A DNA stretch of 64,000 nt from Limnochordia bacterium (GTDB lineage: Bacteria > Bacillota > Limnochordia > DTU080): contig JBMNJG010000011.1 in assembly GCA_050951545.1 (NCBI GenBank), positions 160,001-224,000 on the forward strand, in the 5' to 3' direction. The notes beneath the pieces are model-generated. The model was not told the origin of the DNA, searched no databases, and saw only the letters and a program-made list of their open reading frames with translations. Shown here piece after piece: positions 37,677-47,792 of this stretch. The position numbers were made by a program, and so were the translations under genes. The stretch's first letter is position 1. Each line of letters opens with the position of its first letter.

Positions 37677-38926
37677 CTATAGACGCGAAAAACGAGATCG
37701 ATCATGGGGCAAAAGACATTGCGGCGGTAGGATGGGGCTTGTTTTGCATTCTGATGCCGCTCGGAAACACCACGCTCTCTATCCTCGTCTTCTGGTTGGC
37801 GCTGATGGCCACTGCGAGGAGCCCGGCCAGCAGACGAGCTCTGGTCAGGGCCGTGGGCACCAATCGCCTCATGCAGGCCACGTTGTTCTTTGTTTTCACC
37901 CTATTTGCCTCCGCCGTTTTCTCAGCCCATAGAACTCTGGCGCTTCTTGGGGCTTGTGGCTATGGCATGATAGCCCTGTCGCCGCTTTTGGTGGGGTTAC
38001 TCTGGCACATGCCCTCAGCGGATTGGCTTCTGCGAAGGGGCACGCTTTGGCTCAGCCTAGGCGGGCTGATCTCCGGCGCAGTTGTCTTGTATCGGGTCTA
38101 CGCTCTCCACATGTGGCGACCAGGTGGAGTCTTCACGGGGTCGAACGGGTTTGCTAGCGTCATGATGCTCACCCTGCTGATTACCTGGTGGGGTCTAACG
38201 GCACATGGTCTGCGTCAGCCGCGTTGGTTGAGACTGTGTCGTCTGGTGTGTTGGCTAGTCATGCTGTGGAGTTTCATTGTGGCCGAGGGGCGAGGGGCCT
38301 GGGGCGGCTTTGCAGTGGGCTTTGCCCTTTACAACATGCGCTCTTTGCGCGGCGTGCTGGCAGTGGTGGCCACTGGCGCCGCTAGTGCGCTTGGTGTGCG
38401 AGGAAACCCGAGGCTGCTCAGGCGGGTTCTCAGCATTCTCAGCCCCAGTGAATATGCCGACCGTTTGTGGATTTGGCAAGGTGCCGTGGCTATGTGGCGC
38501 GACCATCCGTTGGTTGGCATCGGACCGGGCACTTTTGTCCATGAGTTCGAAAGCTACCGTCCACTGGTGGCGATTGAAGGAGGGTTCACTCAACCTGTCT
38601 CCTTTGCCCATAATCTTTTCTTGGGGTTGCTTACGGAGGTAGGGATTCTGGGAACCGTCGCTTTCTTGCTTGTCTTGGGTGCGGCGATCTGCTCGATCTG
38701 GAAGTGGGCGCGCACCAGTGGTGCCGCTCCTGCCTCGCGAGCGTTGGTTTGGGCCGTGTGGTGGACGCTGGTGGGGTTGATTGTACGCGAGCAGGTCGAC
38801 AACACCCTATTTGGGCTTGAGATTGGTGGCGCCTTCTGGGCCCTGCTAGCCTGGTTAGCGGTCCTCACCAGGGATGGCGAGGGAGAACCATCTTCTGAGA
38901 TCGCTGAGATGAGGCACAGCGAGTGA
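37667..38926 (+). CDS. O-antigen ligase (WaaL-like) family protein
   Basis: Multi-TM, RGAWGG, RLWIW, DHPLVGIGPGTF, AHNLFL. Confidence 0.85.
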   Translation: MPMTIDAKNEIDHGAKDIAAVGWGLFCILMPLGNTTLSILVFWLALMATARSPASRRALVRAVGTNRLMQATLFFVFTLFASAVFSAHRTLALLGACGYGMIALSPLLVGLLWHMPSADWLLRRGTLWLSLGGLISGAVVLYRVYALHMWRPGGVFTGSNGFASVMMLTLLITWWGLTAHGLRQPRWLRLCRLVCWLVMLWSFIVAEGRGAWGGFAVGFALYNMRSLRGVLAVVATGAASALGVRGNPRLLRRVLSILSPSEYADRLWIWQGAVAMWRDHPLVGIGPGTFVHEFESYRPLVAIEGGFTQPVSFAHNLFLGLLTEVGILGTVAFLLVLGAAICSIWKWARTSGAAPASRALVWAVWWTLVGLIVREQVDNTLFGLEIGGAFWALLAWLAVLTRDGEGEPSSEIAEMRHSE

Positions 38927-39771
38927 TCGATCTGCACGCTCATCTGCTGCCTGGCGTGGATGACGGGCCCAGTACCTGGCAGGAGGCCCTGGAGATGCTC
39001 CGCATCGCCCAGGAGGATGGTGTAAAGACGCTAGTAGCGACCTCGCATCAGGAGGGCCTGGACGGTTACCACAATACCGATGCTGAACTTACGAGGTCCA
39101 CAGAAGAGCTGCAGCGGCGGGCACAAGAGAGTGGGATGGCAGTGACGCTGCTGCCTGGCGGCGAGGTGCGGGCGAGCCCGGATCTGGTGGCGCGCCTGGA
39201 GCGTAAGGAAGCGCTCACCCTTGCTGATGGGGGCCGCTATCTGCTCTTGGAGTTCCCGGCCAGTGAGGTGCCACTCTATACCAATCAGCTGCTGTTTGAG
39301 CTGCAAGTGCACGGCATTACACCGATCATCGCCCATCCCGAACGGAATGCGGGCTTTGCGGAGCGGCCAGAGGCATTGGTTTCCCTGGTAGAGGCTGGTG
39401 CTTTGGTGCAGCTCACGGCAGCCAGTTTGTCGAGCCGTGTCTCTGTGGAGACCCGTACTCTAGCCGTGCTTTTCCTTACGCACAACTTGGCACATGTCTT
39501 GGCTTCGGATGCGCATTCGGCAACGCGGCGTCCCCCCGTCCTCGCTCGCTATGTCTCGCGCGTGGCGGCGATAGTTGGGGAAGAGCGAGCGCTCTCACTT
39601 GTAAAGGGCACTCCAGAGCGGATCGTGCGCGGCGAACCGGTAGTGGCGCCGCCAACAGTGCCCATCTCAGGAAAAAGCCGTGGGCAGGCCCTCAAGCTTG
39701 CCAGGGCCCTAAGTAGGAAGAAGATGGAAGCATCTAGACGTCTGCGGTGGTTCAGGTTCGGGAGGAGATAG
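38923..39771 (+). CDS. CpsB/CapC/YwqE PHP tyrosine phosphatase
   Basis: IDLHAHLLPGVDDG, ATSH, IIAHPERN, ASDAH. Confidence 0.92.
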   Translation: MIDLHAHLLPGVDDGPSTWQEALEMLRIAQEDGVKTLVATSHQEGLDGYHNTDAELTRSTEELQRRAQESGMAVTLLPGGEVRASPDLVARLERKEALTLADGGRYLLLEFPASEVPLYTNQLLFELQVHGITPIIAHPERNAGFAERPEALVSLVEAGALVQLTAASLSSRVSVETRTLAVLFLTHNLAHVLASDAHSATRRPPVLARYVSRVAAIVGEERALSLVKGTPERIVRGEPVVAPPTVPISGKSRGQALKLARALSRKKMEASRRLRWFRFGRR

Positions 39772-39842
39772 GCTTCGCGTGTCAAAGGGACCAATCGGAG
39801 TTCGCTTCGGGGGGCGGGGGCGCGTCACAGGAGCGATAAGTC

Positions 39843-40055
39843 TTGGGTACGTTGTCTGTCATTTTGGTCGCCTTGTTTGCTGCTTCCCTTGGTTTGTTTG
39901 CATATGTAGGCTGGTCGGTGGATCGTAGGCGCAAGGCGATGCGTCATATTTTCATCGAAGAGAGGCGGTATCTACGACGTGTCATGATGGTTGCGACAGT
40001 GGTCCTGGTTGCTGCCGTTGCTGCTTTGGGGTCGGCTCTCTTGGCGAGGGCGTAG
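39843..40055 (+). CDS. Small two-TM hypothetical protein
   Basis: AGGAG RBS + TTG; two hydrophobic segments; 3' end overlaps convergent gene by about 70 nt. Confidence 0.45.
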   Translation: MGTLSVILVALFAASLGLFAYVGWSVDRRRKAMRHIFIEERRYLRRVMMVATVVLVAAVAALGSALLARA

Positions 40056-41877
40056 GCGACAGACCCATTCCGTACTGGCTAGCCCGTGAGGAGTCGGTAA
40101 CATAGACTGGTCTCTCAGGAGGTGGCAGACCAGCTTTCTCCAAGAGGCTGATCACACGTTCGAGCGCGTCATCTCGCACCAACAGGGCTGTTGGCCCCAC
40201 TCGGCCGATGGCCATGTTCCCCAGTAGGCCCTCGGCCAAGATGCGGTCTGCCAGGGCAGCGCTTTCGCACTGAACCACAGCTATGCGCATCACTGTGCAT
40301 CTGCCGTGACCGCTGCTCCAATCGCCGATGCTAAAGGCCACGTTCTGGGGAAGCTCGCTTCCCACCGCAGTGGCCGTTTCGTCACCTGTGCTCAAAAAGG
40401 CCAAAATCTGATCACCTGTCCACCCTGCGCGCAATCCCCTGAGAACAGATTGTCGGGTGATGGTGTAGATACAGGCGTGGTCGGCTCTGGTCAATTCAGC
40501 AATCTGAGATAGAAACCAGTGCTTGCGGGGAGCGGCAAGCGGCTGCACGAGCACCTCGAAGTTGGATTGTACCACAAACGGCGGTGTCTTGTCGGGAAGA
40601 AGCGGAAGCGTGGCTGCCTGCCCCTGCAGCAGCTGCCTTCCCGCTGGTGTTAGGCGGGCGAGGCAGACGTGGCCAGCCCTGGGGTCTCCAAGACTCAGTA
40701 GTGCGACCGCCGGAGTGTCGTCAGCATTGCCCTCTTCAGATCCTATGTCCATTAGGCCCATATACACAAGGGGGGCTAGAGCGCTTCCCATTTCCTCCAG
40801 GCCTTGAGCGTAATGTGAGAAGAACAGCCTTGCTTCCCGCGCAGTGCCTCGTTGCCACGCCGAAAGCTGCCGCATGACGTTCGATAGGTTGACCCAGCTG
40901 TTCGACGGAGCCCACAGCAGCGCGGCCATGACCAGCATGATTCCCGGCTTGCACTGAGCGACTAGGTTAAGCCAGAGTTGAAGACCATTGGCCATTTGCT
41001 GCACTGGATCAAGATCCAGCCACTGTTGGGTCTGGGGGCCAGGACGCAGACTCCCCTTGTCGACTTGAATGAGCCGCGAGTGGTACGACCAAGTCAACAG
41101 CCATTGAATGTGTAGGGGCGTCGTGTCATCGGGTGTCTGACGAGCCTGGAGATGTGCACGCAGAGGGTCCTGAATGAGGAGACGCTGGTTGAGCCTTGCC
41201 TGATCACGCTTGTAGAGGACAGCTTTCTGAGTCAGACGCAGCCCGGGCACTTCACACGTATGCATCAACTGCATGACATCGTATAGCACCGAAAGGCCGT
41301 CCGAACGGATCGCCGCAGGCTCAGCGTTGACGATGATCGTTTCGGCCAGGTGTGGCGCATAGTGTCGAAACAGTGAAGCGGCTACCTCAAAGCAGATAGC
41401 CCACCCGTCTTGGGACCATGTTCGTTCATAGAAGGCGAGTTGATAGATCGTCGCGGGCCCCGTATCAACATCGGTAGCAAAGGTTGGTCGCTGTTCTTTG
41501 AGCCTTCTGGTCCAGGGAATCCAGGAAACGAGACCAAGATTACGCAGATCTAAGAGAAGAGAGTACAGCCTGTCACGCTTGACTTTTGCCCCATGCTGCT
41601 GTTGGTGGAGAATCGAGGCAACGTGGAGGAGCCCCTCCGACTGCGGCGCGATAGCGGAAGCCCAGATGGTCAGTGCCAGCAGTAATGAGTGGGCCTCCGA
41701 AGGCATGGAATCGCCTGTGCGGTCCCACTGAACGCCCGCGCGTAGATAGGAGGTTAGCAACTCGACGAGTGGTTCGCTTGGGTTTTTCGGTGGCTCAGCC
41801 AATAGGCGGAGATTGGTCGCCAGCACAAGCAACTCGTGCGCCTCAAGATGTTGCAGAGCCTGGTCGATGCGTAGCAA
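39982..41877 (-). CDS. XPB-associated protein with C-terminal Helicase_C_3 domain
   Basis: VVQSNFEV, YTITRQSVLRG..GWT, LPQNVAFSIGDW; immediately downstream of XPB. Confidence 0.78.
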   Translation of the reverse strand: MLRIDQALQHLEAHELLVLATNLRLLAEPPKNPSEPLVELLTSYLRAGVQWDRTGDSMPSEAHSLLLALTIWASAIAPQSEGLLHVASILHQQQHGAKVKRDRLYSLLLDLRNLGLVSWIPWTRRLKEQRPTFATDVDTGPATIYQLAFYERTWSQDGWAICFEVAASLFRHYAPHLAETIIVNAEPAAIRSDGLSVLYDVMQLMHTCEVPGLRLTQKAVLYKRDQARLNQRLLIQDPLRAHLQARQTPDDTTPLHIQWLLTWSYHSRLIQVDKGSLRPGPQTQQWLDLDPVQQMANGLQLWLNLVAQCKPGIMLVMAALLWAPSNSWVNLSNVMRQLSAWQRGTAREARLFFSHYAQGLEEMGSALAPLVYMGLMDIGSEEGNADDTPAVALLSLGDPRAGHVCLARLTPAGRQLLQGQAATLPLLPDKTPPFVVQSNFEVLVQPLAAPRKHWFLSQIAELTRADHACIYTITRQSVLRGLRAGWTGDQILAFLSTGDETATAVGSELPQNVAFSIGDWSSGHGRCTVMRIAVVQCESAALADRILAEGLLGNMAIGRVGPTALLVRDDALERVISLLEKAGLPPPERPVYVTDSSRASQYGMGLSPTPSPREPTPKQQRQQPGPLSQPS

Positions 41878-41880
41878 CCG

Positions 41881-43657
41881 TTACGTGTCGCCTCCCTGTG
41901 GGCAATCAGGCGGTCGGTATGCATCCATCAGCTCTTGGGCGTCATGGATCCAGTATCGATAGCCTTGCTCTGTCAGGAACAGCTGGCGGTGGCCAGCAAA
42001 TTCCTGCTCATTGGTATCTCGGGACACGATGGAGTAAAAATGAGCGGTAGTGTCATCCTGTTTGGGACGCAGAAGGCGTCCCAGCCTCTGTGCCTCCTCT
42101 TGTCTCGAACCGAAGGTGCCAGAGACCTGGATGGCGACTGAAGCCTCAGGCAGGTCAATGGCGAAATTCGCTACCTTGGAGACCACCAGAATAGGCTCTT
42201 CGCCAAGACGGAAAGCATCGTAGAGCTTACGCCGCTCAAGATTACTCGTCTTGCCAGTGATCACTGGGGCATCCAGAACCTGGGCAAGACTCTCGAGCTG
42301 GTCGACGTACTGACCGATGATCAGTACGTGGGCCTCACGATGGCGGCGCAAGATGGCTCGGATGACGGGCAGCTTGGCTCCTGATTCGGAGGCGATCCGG
42401 AACTTCTGACGGGCCGGAGCGGTGGCGTAGAGCATTCGCTCGCCTTGCTCCATGTCTACCCGAACCTCATGGCATATGGCCTGGGCGATCCAGCCCGCCT
42501 GTTCCAGATCCTTCCACGGCACGTCGTAACGCTTGGGGCCAACCAAGCTAAACACATCGGTCTCTAGAGCCGTCCTCGCGCACCAGCGTGGCTGTGAGGC
42601 CGAGGCGTCTGCGCGCCTGGATATCAGCGGTGGCGCGAAAGACGGGCGCTGGCAATAGGTGCACTTCATCGTAGATGATGAGGCCCCAGTCATACGAGTC
42701 AAAAAGCCGCAGATGGGGGAACTGGTCACTTTGGGTTGGGCGGTAGGTGAGGGTTTGGTAGGTGGTGACGGTGACGGGTCGCACCTGTTTTCGCTCTCCT
42801 GTGTATTCGCCTACTTTGTCGGGCGGTAGAAAGGTCTTGTCGATGATCTCATCAATCCATTGTCGAGCTGCGGTGACTGAGGTAGTCAAAATGAGCGTAG
42901 CGGTGGCAGCCTGCGCCATCGCTGCTAGTCCGACAACGGTTTTTCCAGAGCCGCAAGGAAGAACGATCACTCCGCTACCGCCTGTGGAACCCCCTCCAGC
43001 GTAAAAGATCTCTGCGGCTTCGCGCTGGTAATCGCGCAGGGCGAAGGGATAACCAGACGCCGTGACCTCCCGCAGCGCTAACTGAAGGGCAGCTCCCTCA
43101 ACGTATCCCGCGAGGTCCTCCACGGGAAACCCTAGATGAATCAGCACCTGCTTGATTCGTCCTCGTTCGGACGGGTGTATCTTGACATGTACGAGCCAGC
43201 CGCTGAGGCCATCCTTACTGCTTAGGGGGGACACATCCGCTGTGTTGATCTGCATGCTGTCCTGGAGAAAGGGCCTTATCTCCTTGAGGTTGGCGACTTC
43301 AGTGAGAAGTGGCAAGTCGTCACTGACCAAGTAGTAGTCGTGGCTCTCGCGGATAAGCTTGATTCGGCCATAGCGACTGATGTGCTCTTTGATCTCTATC
43401 TGAAGGCTAGCAGGAAGATCGAATTTGCTGAAGCGGGCGAGTCCCGCAATGATAGCTTCCGCATGCAGGCCTGAGGCAGCTGCATTCCACAGTGAAAGAG
43501 GGGTGATTCGGTAGGTGTGGATGTGCTCCGGGCTTTTTTCGAGCTCAGCAAAACGCGCGACGCAGTCGCGCGCTTCGTTGTAGAGAGGGCTGTTCACCTC
43601 AAGCAACAGGCTGCGGTCGCTCTGTACTATAAGTGGGTTGGTGGGTACGTAACTCAT
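41881..43657 (-). pseudogene. XPB/Ssl2 DNA repair helicase with a +1 frameshift near 42568 (true pseudogene or sequencing error)
   Basis: NPLIVQSD, LEKSPEHIHTY, LPCGSGKT, DEVH, LGLTATLVREDG in one frame; DVFSLVGPKRY, GSRQEEAQRLGR in the other. Confidence 0.85.
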
Positions 43658-43667
43658 GGTACTTGTG

Positions 43668-43695
43668 TTTCGAGGGCGAACGAGCCAACTCCTGC
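43668..43695 (-). promoter_or_regulatory. SigH-like promoter upstream of XPB
   Basis: GCAGGA-18 nt-GAAA on minus strand. Confidence 0.4.
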
Positions 43696-43725
43696 TTCGT
43701 GCGATGGGCAAGAGTTGCCTTGCGC

Positions 43726-44436
43726 CTATCTCGCCCTGTCAAGAGCGACATCAAAGACCATGGTGACCTCAGCGTGCACAAGGATCTGTCCTCGGTATAT
43801 TGGACTAGCCAGCGGGGGAAGCGACGCTTCGCTGACAGAGGCCGCCGTTGGCAGACTTGGGTTATGCACTCGGATGGTGTTGGCGTCACGCATCTCACGC
43901 ACCATGGTGACGCGGAGCCCCGCGGTGCTGCTGATTAGGTCGGCTTTCGCGATGGCATCCTCTACGGCCAATTTTAGGGCTGTTCGAGCCACGGCTTCGA
44001 GGTTAGAGAGTTCAAAGCGCACACCTTGTACCGAGGAGGCACCATGTCGTAGTCCCACATCCACCACTTGACCGACGCGATCCAGATCATGAATACGGAC
44101 ATCCAGACCAGAACTCACTTTGTAACTCTTCTCTCGGCTGCCTAGGCCAGTGGTCTCCCAGAAAGAGGCCTGGCGCACCTCAAAGCTGAGCCCAGGCAAG
44201 TCCTCTGCGGCGAGCGCGTCTGTAATCCGCTCAAGTATCATCTGGTTTTGCTGCTGCGCTGCCCCTCCTTCCTTGGCAGAGCTCTCTATGGCCAAAGAAA
44301 TGACTGCCATATCCGCTGTGCAAACAACAAATCCAGACCCTACGCTGACCAGTGATTGCGCCTCCATGAGCGCGGCAGATGCACCTGGTGCAGCGAAAAC
44401 AAAAAGAAGCAACAGAAATGGGATGAGCCTTCTCAC
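43726..44436 (-). CDS. SIMPL (DUF541) family periplasmic protein
   Basis: Signal peptide; SVGSG...ADMA, GQVVD..GAS.VQGVRF, AVEDAIAKA. Confidence 0.85.
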   Translation of the reverse strand: MRRLIPFLLLLFVFAAPGASAALMEAQSLVSVGSGFVVCTADMAVISLAIESSAKEGGAAQQQNQMILERITDALAAEDLPGLSFEVRQASFWETTGLGSREKSYKVSSGLDVRIHDLDRVGQVVDVGLRHGASSVQGVRFELSNLEAVARTALKLAVEDAIAKADLISSTAGLRVTMVREMRDANTIRVHNPSLPTAASVSEASLPPLASPIYRGQILVHAEVTMVFDVALDRAR

Positions 44437-44452
44437 AGGTTACTCACCGACT

Positions 44453-45964
44453 TTACATCCTGGTGTTTCGGCACGCAGGACAATGATCTTCAGCGACCCA
44501 AGGGGCGCTAAGTGAAAGCTCTAGGGGATCAGATCCCACAGTATGCCACAGAGTCACGCACTGTCTAGTGAGACGCGCTTCGAGGGCGCGTATCCGGTTG
44601 GTCTGCTGGGCCACAGCTAGCTCCTTCGCTGCCACGTCGTGCTGAAGGCCCAGTCCGCGTTCAAGACGTTCCTGAACTACGGTGAGCAGTAGCGTATCTT
44701 GTTCCAGCTGCTCATAGGCTTGGCGCAGGGATCGCTCGCTTTCTGCGATATCGTAGAGGACTCCGTGAACTGCGCGGTCTATAGCGCATTCGAGCTCCCT
44801 GAGGGCTCTGTTGGCTTGTTCGAGACTAAGCTGTGCAGAAACGACCTCCTCTGCACGAACGCCATCCGAAAGGAAGAATGTGGCTTGGACGCCAGCCTGT
44901 ATCTGTGTACGGAGGTCAGTGCTGGTCTCCGTCACCTTATGAGGCCAGGTCGCACCAGCGGTGAAGGAGATCTCTCTTTTTGCCTGCAATTGCGCTCTAA
45001 CTAATGCTTCCTTGGCCAGGGATACCGCCCGATGAGCGCTATGCATGTCGCTTCTTTGCGACAAGGCGATGGCCACCCAGGCCTCTGGGGTGGCGGCGAC
45101 CTCAGGCAGGTCAGCGTGCAGCAAGACCTGCTCAGTAGAGTCGGAGTTAAGGCCAAGGGTATCTTGGCCAGTCAGCTCCCGAAGAGCGTCGCGGCTCTCT
45201 GCCACCCGCCTTCGTGCCTCAGCTTCGGCATCCAGGCTGGCGGCTAGTGATGAACGCAGTTGGTAGAGCTCCGCAGCAGAGACGGTTCCGCGCTGCTCTC
45301 GCTCGAGAGCCACGGAGTACTGCTCCTCTGTGAGCTGCAGCAGGCGTGAGGCCAAGAGAAGCCCCTGTTCTGCCTGAATCAGTTGGTCGTAGACCTGCAT
45401 GGCCCGGATGATAAGCTTACGCTGGTCCGCTAGATAGGCATCTTGGGCTTCGCTGAGCCCCTGTGTCGCTATCTTGTGGCGACCATCCGGACCAGATAGC
45501 AAAGGGACTTGAACGGAAAGGGAGGCTTGGGCCCCCACAGGTTGCGCATAGCCTGTGCGGACGGCGGCTCCGAGACTGATGTCGGTGTGGCCTTGTCCAG
45601 TGGGGATCGACCAGGTGATGCTGGGACCCGCCATGACGCCCGCGTCGATTTTGTCGCCAAAAGGCGAGGCAGCTCTGCTGTGGATAGAGGCTCGAATTTG
45701 GGGCTGCAGAGCTGCCAAGGCCGCCCTGCAAGTTGATGCTGCGCCAGCGTAGACAATGGCTGCCTTCTCGTGTTGAGGTCCAGACAGGGTCTTGTTTATT
45801 ACCTCAAGCAGTGCCAGGGGCACCGAGACTTGATCGAGTCTGCTGTTTCCTGCTAGTCGCGTGTTGGCCTCGGCTCCCGCACAACAGCTACTGAATACCA
45901 GCGCGAATCCGATACTCATGACAACCACCTGTGGGAAAAAGCGACGTTTACCCAACCAGAACAT
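44453..45964 (-). CDS. TolC family outer-membrane efflux protein
   Basis: Signal peptide; coiled-coil OEP repeats (YDQLIQAEQ...RGTVSAAEL, ALSQRSD, ERGLG). Confidence 0.72.
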   Translation of the reverse strand: MFWLGKRRFFPQVVVMSIGFALVFSSCCAGAEANTRLAGNSRLDQVSVPLALLEVINKTLSGPQHEKAAIVYAGAASTCRAALAALQPQIRASIHSRAASPFGDKIDAGVMAGPSITWSIPTGQGHTDISLGAAVRTGYAQPVGAQASLSVQVPLLSGPDGRHKIATQGLSEAQDAYLADQRKLIIRAMQVYDQLIQAEQGLLLASRLLQLTEEQYSVALEREQRGTVSAAELYQLRSSLAASLDAEAEARRRVAESRDALRELTGQDTLGLNSDSTEQVLLHADLPEVAATPEAWVAIALSQRSDMHSAHRAVSLAKEALVRAQLQAKREISFTAGATWPHKVTETSTDLRTQIQAGVQATFFLSDGVRAEEVVSAQLSLEQANRALRELECAIDRAVHGVLYDIAESERSLRQAYEQLEQDTLLLTVVQERLERGLGLQHDVAAKELAVAQQTNRIRALEARLTRQCVTLWHTVGSDPLELSLSAPWVAEDHCPACRNTRM

Positions 45965-45973
45965 GGGAGACCT

Positions 45974-47080
45974 CTACTTTTCTGGCGTGGGCAGTGTATT
46001 GGCCCCTATGGTGTTTAGGTAGCGCGTGACTGCCAAAGCCTGATCATACAGTGCTTGCACTGCTTGGACCTCAGCTACGTTGGCTGCTGTCTGGGCGTCC
46101 ATCAACTCCGCAGCCGTGATAAGACCGCTATCATGGCGCAGCACGGCAACCTGAAGGAGTTTCTGCTGGTGCTCGAAGGCCTCAGCAGCGAGGTCAGCGT
46201 GGATACGGGCCATCTCCAGCTTCAAGATGGCATCGCGTGCCTCGAGGACTACCCGCGCACTTACCTGATCGAGAGCGATCTGGGCCTTCTCTGCAGCCAT
46301 CTCCAAACGCTGAATCTGTGCTTTTGAGGTATAGCTTGGGTCTGCGGCAACCCGGTTGCGCTGCGCAAGCTCGAGGGCCCGTTTGAGTACCTGGACATCG
46401 AGGCGACTTGCTAGAGCGGTCGCTGTGTCTGACTCTAGATCCGAGGAGGGGATTTCGCTGTTCACACTGTCGATCAGCTCGAACTCTGCTCGCAAATCAC
46501 GCGAGAGCAGCAGATTGAAGCTGATGCGCTCGGACTCGAGACTGGCTTCGCTTTGACGCTGAGTGATCTGGGCATGGCGCAGGCTGTTTTCGGCGAGGTA
46601 AAGATCGGTGTCCGTGGCGAGCCCAGCCGAGAGCCTCTCGCGCACCAGGGCAAGCTGACGCTCTGCTTGCTCAACGGCGGCGTGCGCCAAGAGCAAGGTG
46701 TGTTGAGCTTTGAGGACGCTTATGTAGCGTTCGCGAGCGATTTGCATCTGCGCTTGCCGAGTAAGCTGTGCTTCGGCTCGAGCAGCATCTAGCGCTGCTT
46801 GCGCATCCTCAAGCTGCTGAGGAGTCACGGTGATTCGCAGATTGACTTGCGCCGATCTCAGATTGAGTTCGGCTTCCTCTACTGCTAGATCGCTAACGAT
46901 GATGCTAGGGTTGGCCTGTAGTGCCATCTCTAGTGTCTGTTCAAGAGAGAGCCGGGGGACACTTACGTCGGCCTGATCGGTGGTCGTCTGCTCCTTTGCT
47001 CCAGCGATGGGCGACGGGGCGAGAACCGCGACAAGCAGCAGGAACCCAATAAGCAATGCCGTTTGTTTAGATGGGCGCAC
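45974..47080 (-). CDS. TolC family outer-membrane efflux protein
   Basis: Signal peptide; LSLEQTLEMALQANP, RLSAGLATDTDL, ALASRLD, SGLITAAELMDAQ. Confidence 0.8.
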   Translation of the reverse strand: MRPSKQTALLIGFLLLVAVLAPSPIAGAKEQTTTDQADVSVPRLSLEQTLEMALQANPSIIVSDLAVEEAELNLRSAQVNLRITVTPQQLEDAQAALDAARAEAQLTRQAQMQIARERYISVLKAQHTLLLAHAAVEQAERQLALVRERLSAGLATDTDLYLAENSLRHAQITQRQSEASLESERISFNLLLSRDLRAEFELIDSVNSEIPSSDLESDTATALASRLDVQVLKRALELAQRNRVAADPSYTSKAQIQRLEMAAEKAQIALDQVSARVVLEARDAILKLEMARIHADLAAEAFEHQQKLLQVAVLRHDSGLITAAELMDAQTAANVAEVQAVQALYDQALAVTRYLNTIGANTLPTPEK

Positions 47081-47120
47081 GCTATTCCCTCCGAAGTCCT
47101 GAAGTGATCATGAAATGGAA

Positions 47121-47147
47121 TTTCTGGATGAGCAAGGTATTTCCTGC
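47121..47147 (-). promoter_or_regulatory. SigH-like promoter of the TolC operon
   Basis: GCAGGA-17 nt-GAAA on minus strand. Confidence 0.45.
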
Positions 47148-47292
47148 GTACAGGGTGCACTTTCCCTCTTGGTACCAGCGACGAGCTTGGATCGGGTCAT
47201 GAGAGCTGGCAATTCGGCGAATAAGCGAGCCCTGGCACAGAGATCTCCCTTCCACACCGCTTCAGAGACCTGCCGACCGCTGTAGGGAGCTC

Positions 47293-47321
47293 TTGCCTTG
47301 ACGGGGGAAGACTGCTAGGGT
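47293..47321 (+). promoter_or_regulatory. SigA-type promoter with extended -10
   Basis: TTGCCT-17 nt-TAGGGT preceded by TG; AAGGAGG RBS at 47351-47357. Confidence 0.45.
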
Positions 47322-47366
47322 TGTGGTGGTGCAGCCAGCCTTGAGGGAACAAGGAGGAAACCATAG

Positions 47367-47792
47367 ATGCACAAGTCGTATATGGTGTACCTGCTGGCAG
47401 TACTCATGGCTTTGGCCACGTTAAGTCCTGCGTATGCTATGCCTGGTTATCTGGGGTGTTATGGCACGCCGTTATCTGAAGACGAGTTAGCCGAGGCAGA
47501 CGGCGAGTGGAGCCTCATTTTCGGCGGCGCTGTTGCGGGTGCAGTAACGGGGGCGTTTTCCTACGCTACTGGTGCGGAAGAACACAGTCTCTCAGGCCTG
47601 GCAACGGCCGTGGCCGAAGGGGCTGCGTGGGGGGCAGTGACCGGGGCGTTCACTACGGTAAAGGCGGTCGCTACTGGTGCTAGCCTAGCGGCCACAGCGG
47701 CTGATACTGCTGTGGCTTGCTTTACCGGAGCCAATATCGGTGCGCTTAAGGGGGCAGTGTCTCAGATTATCCGCCACTGGAACGATCACTGA
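47367..47792 (+). CDS. Secreted bacteriocin-like precursor: Sec signal, LSEDELAEADG leader, glycine-zipper core
   Basis: Strong RBS; signal peptide ending AYA; LSxxELxxxxG motif; GAVTGAF repeated twice in a Gly/Ala-rich core. Confidence 0.65.
   Translation: MHKSYMVYLLAVLMALATLSPAYAMPGYLGCYGTPLSEDELAEADGEWSLIFGGAVAGAVTGAFSYATGAEEHSLSGLATAVAEGAAWGAVTGAFTTVKAVATGASLAATAADTAVACFTGANIGALKGAVSQIIRHWNDH

Noticed and set aside
47271-47293. Partial match (16/23 nt) to the 5' block of the repeated leader
   Set aside because: No stem partner or 3' block; may be chance in GC-rich DNA
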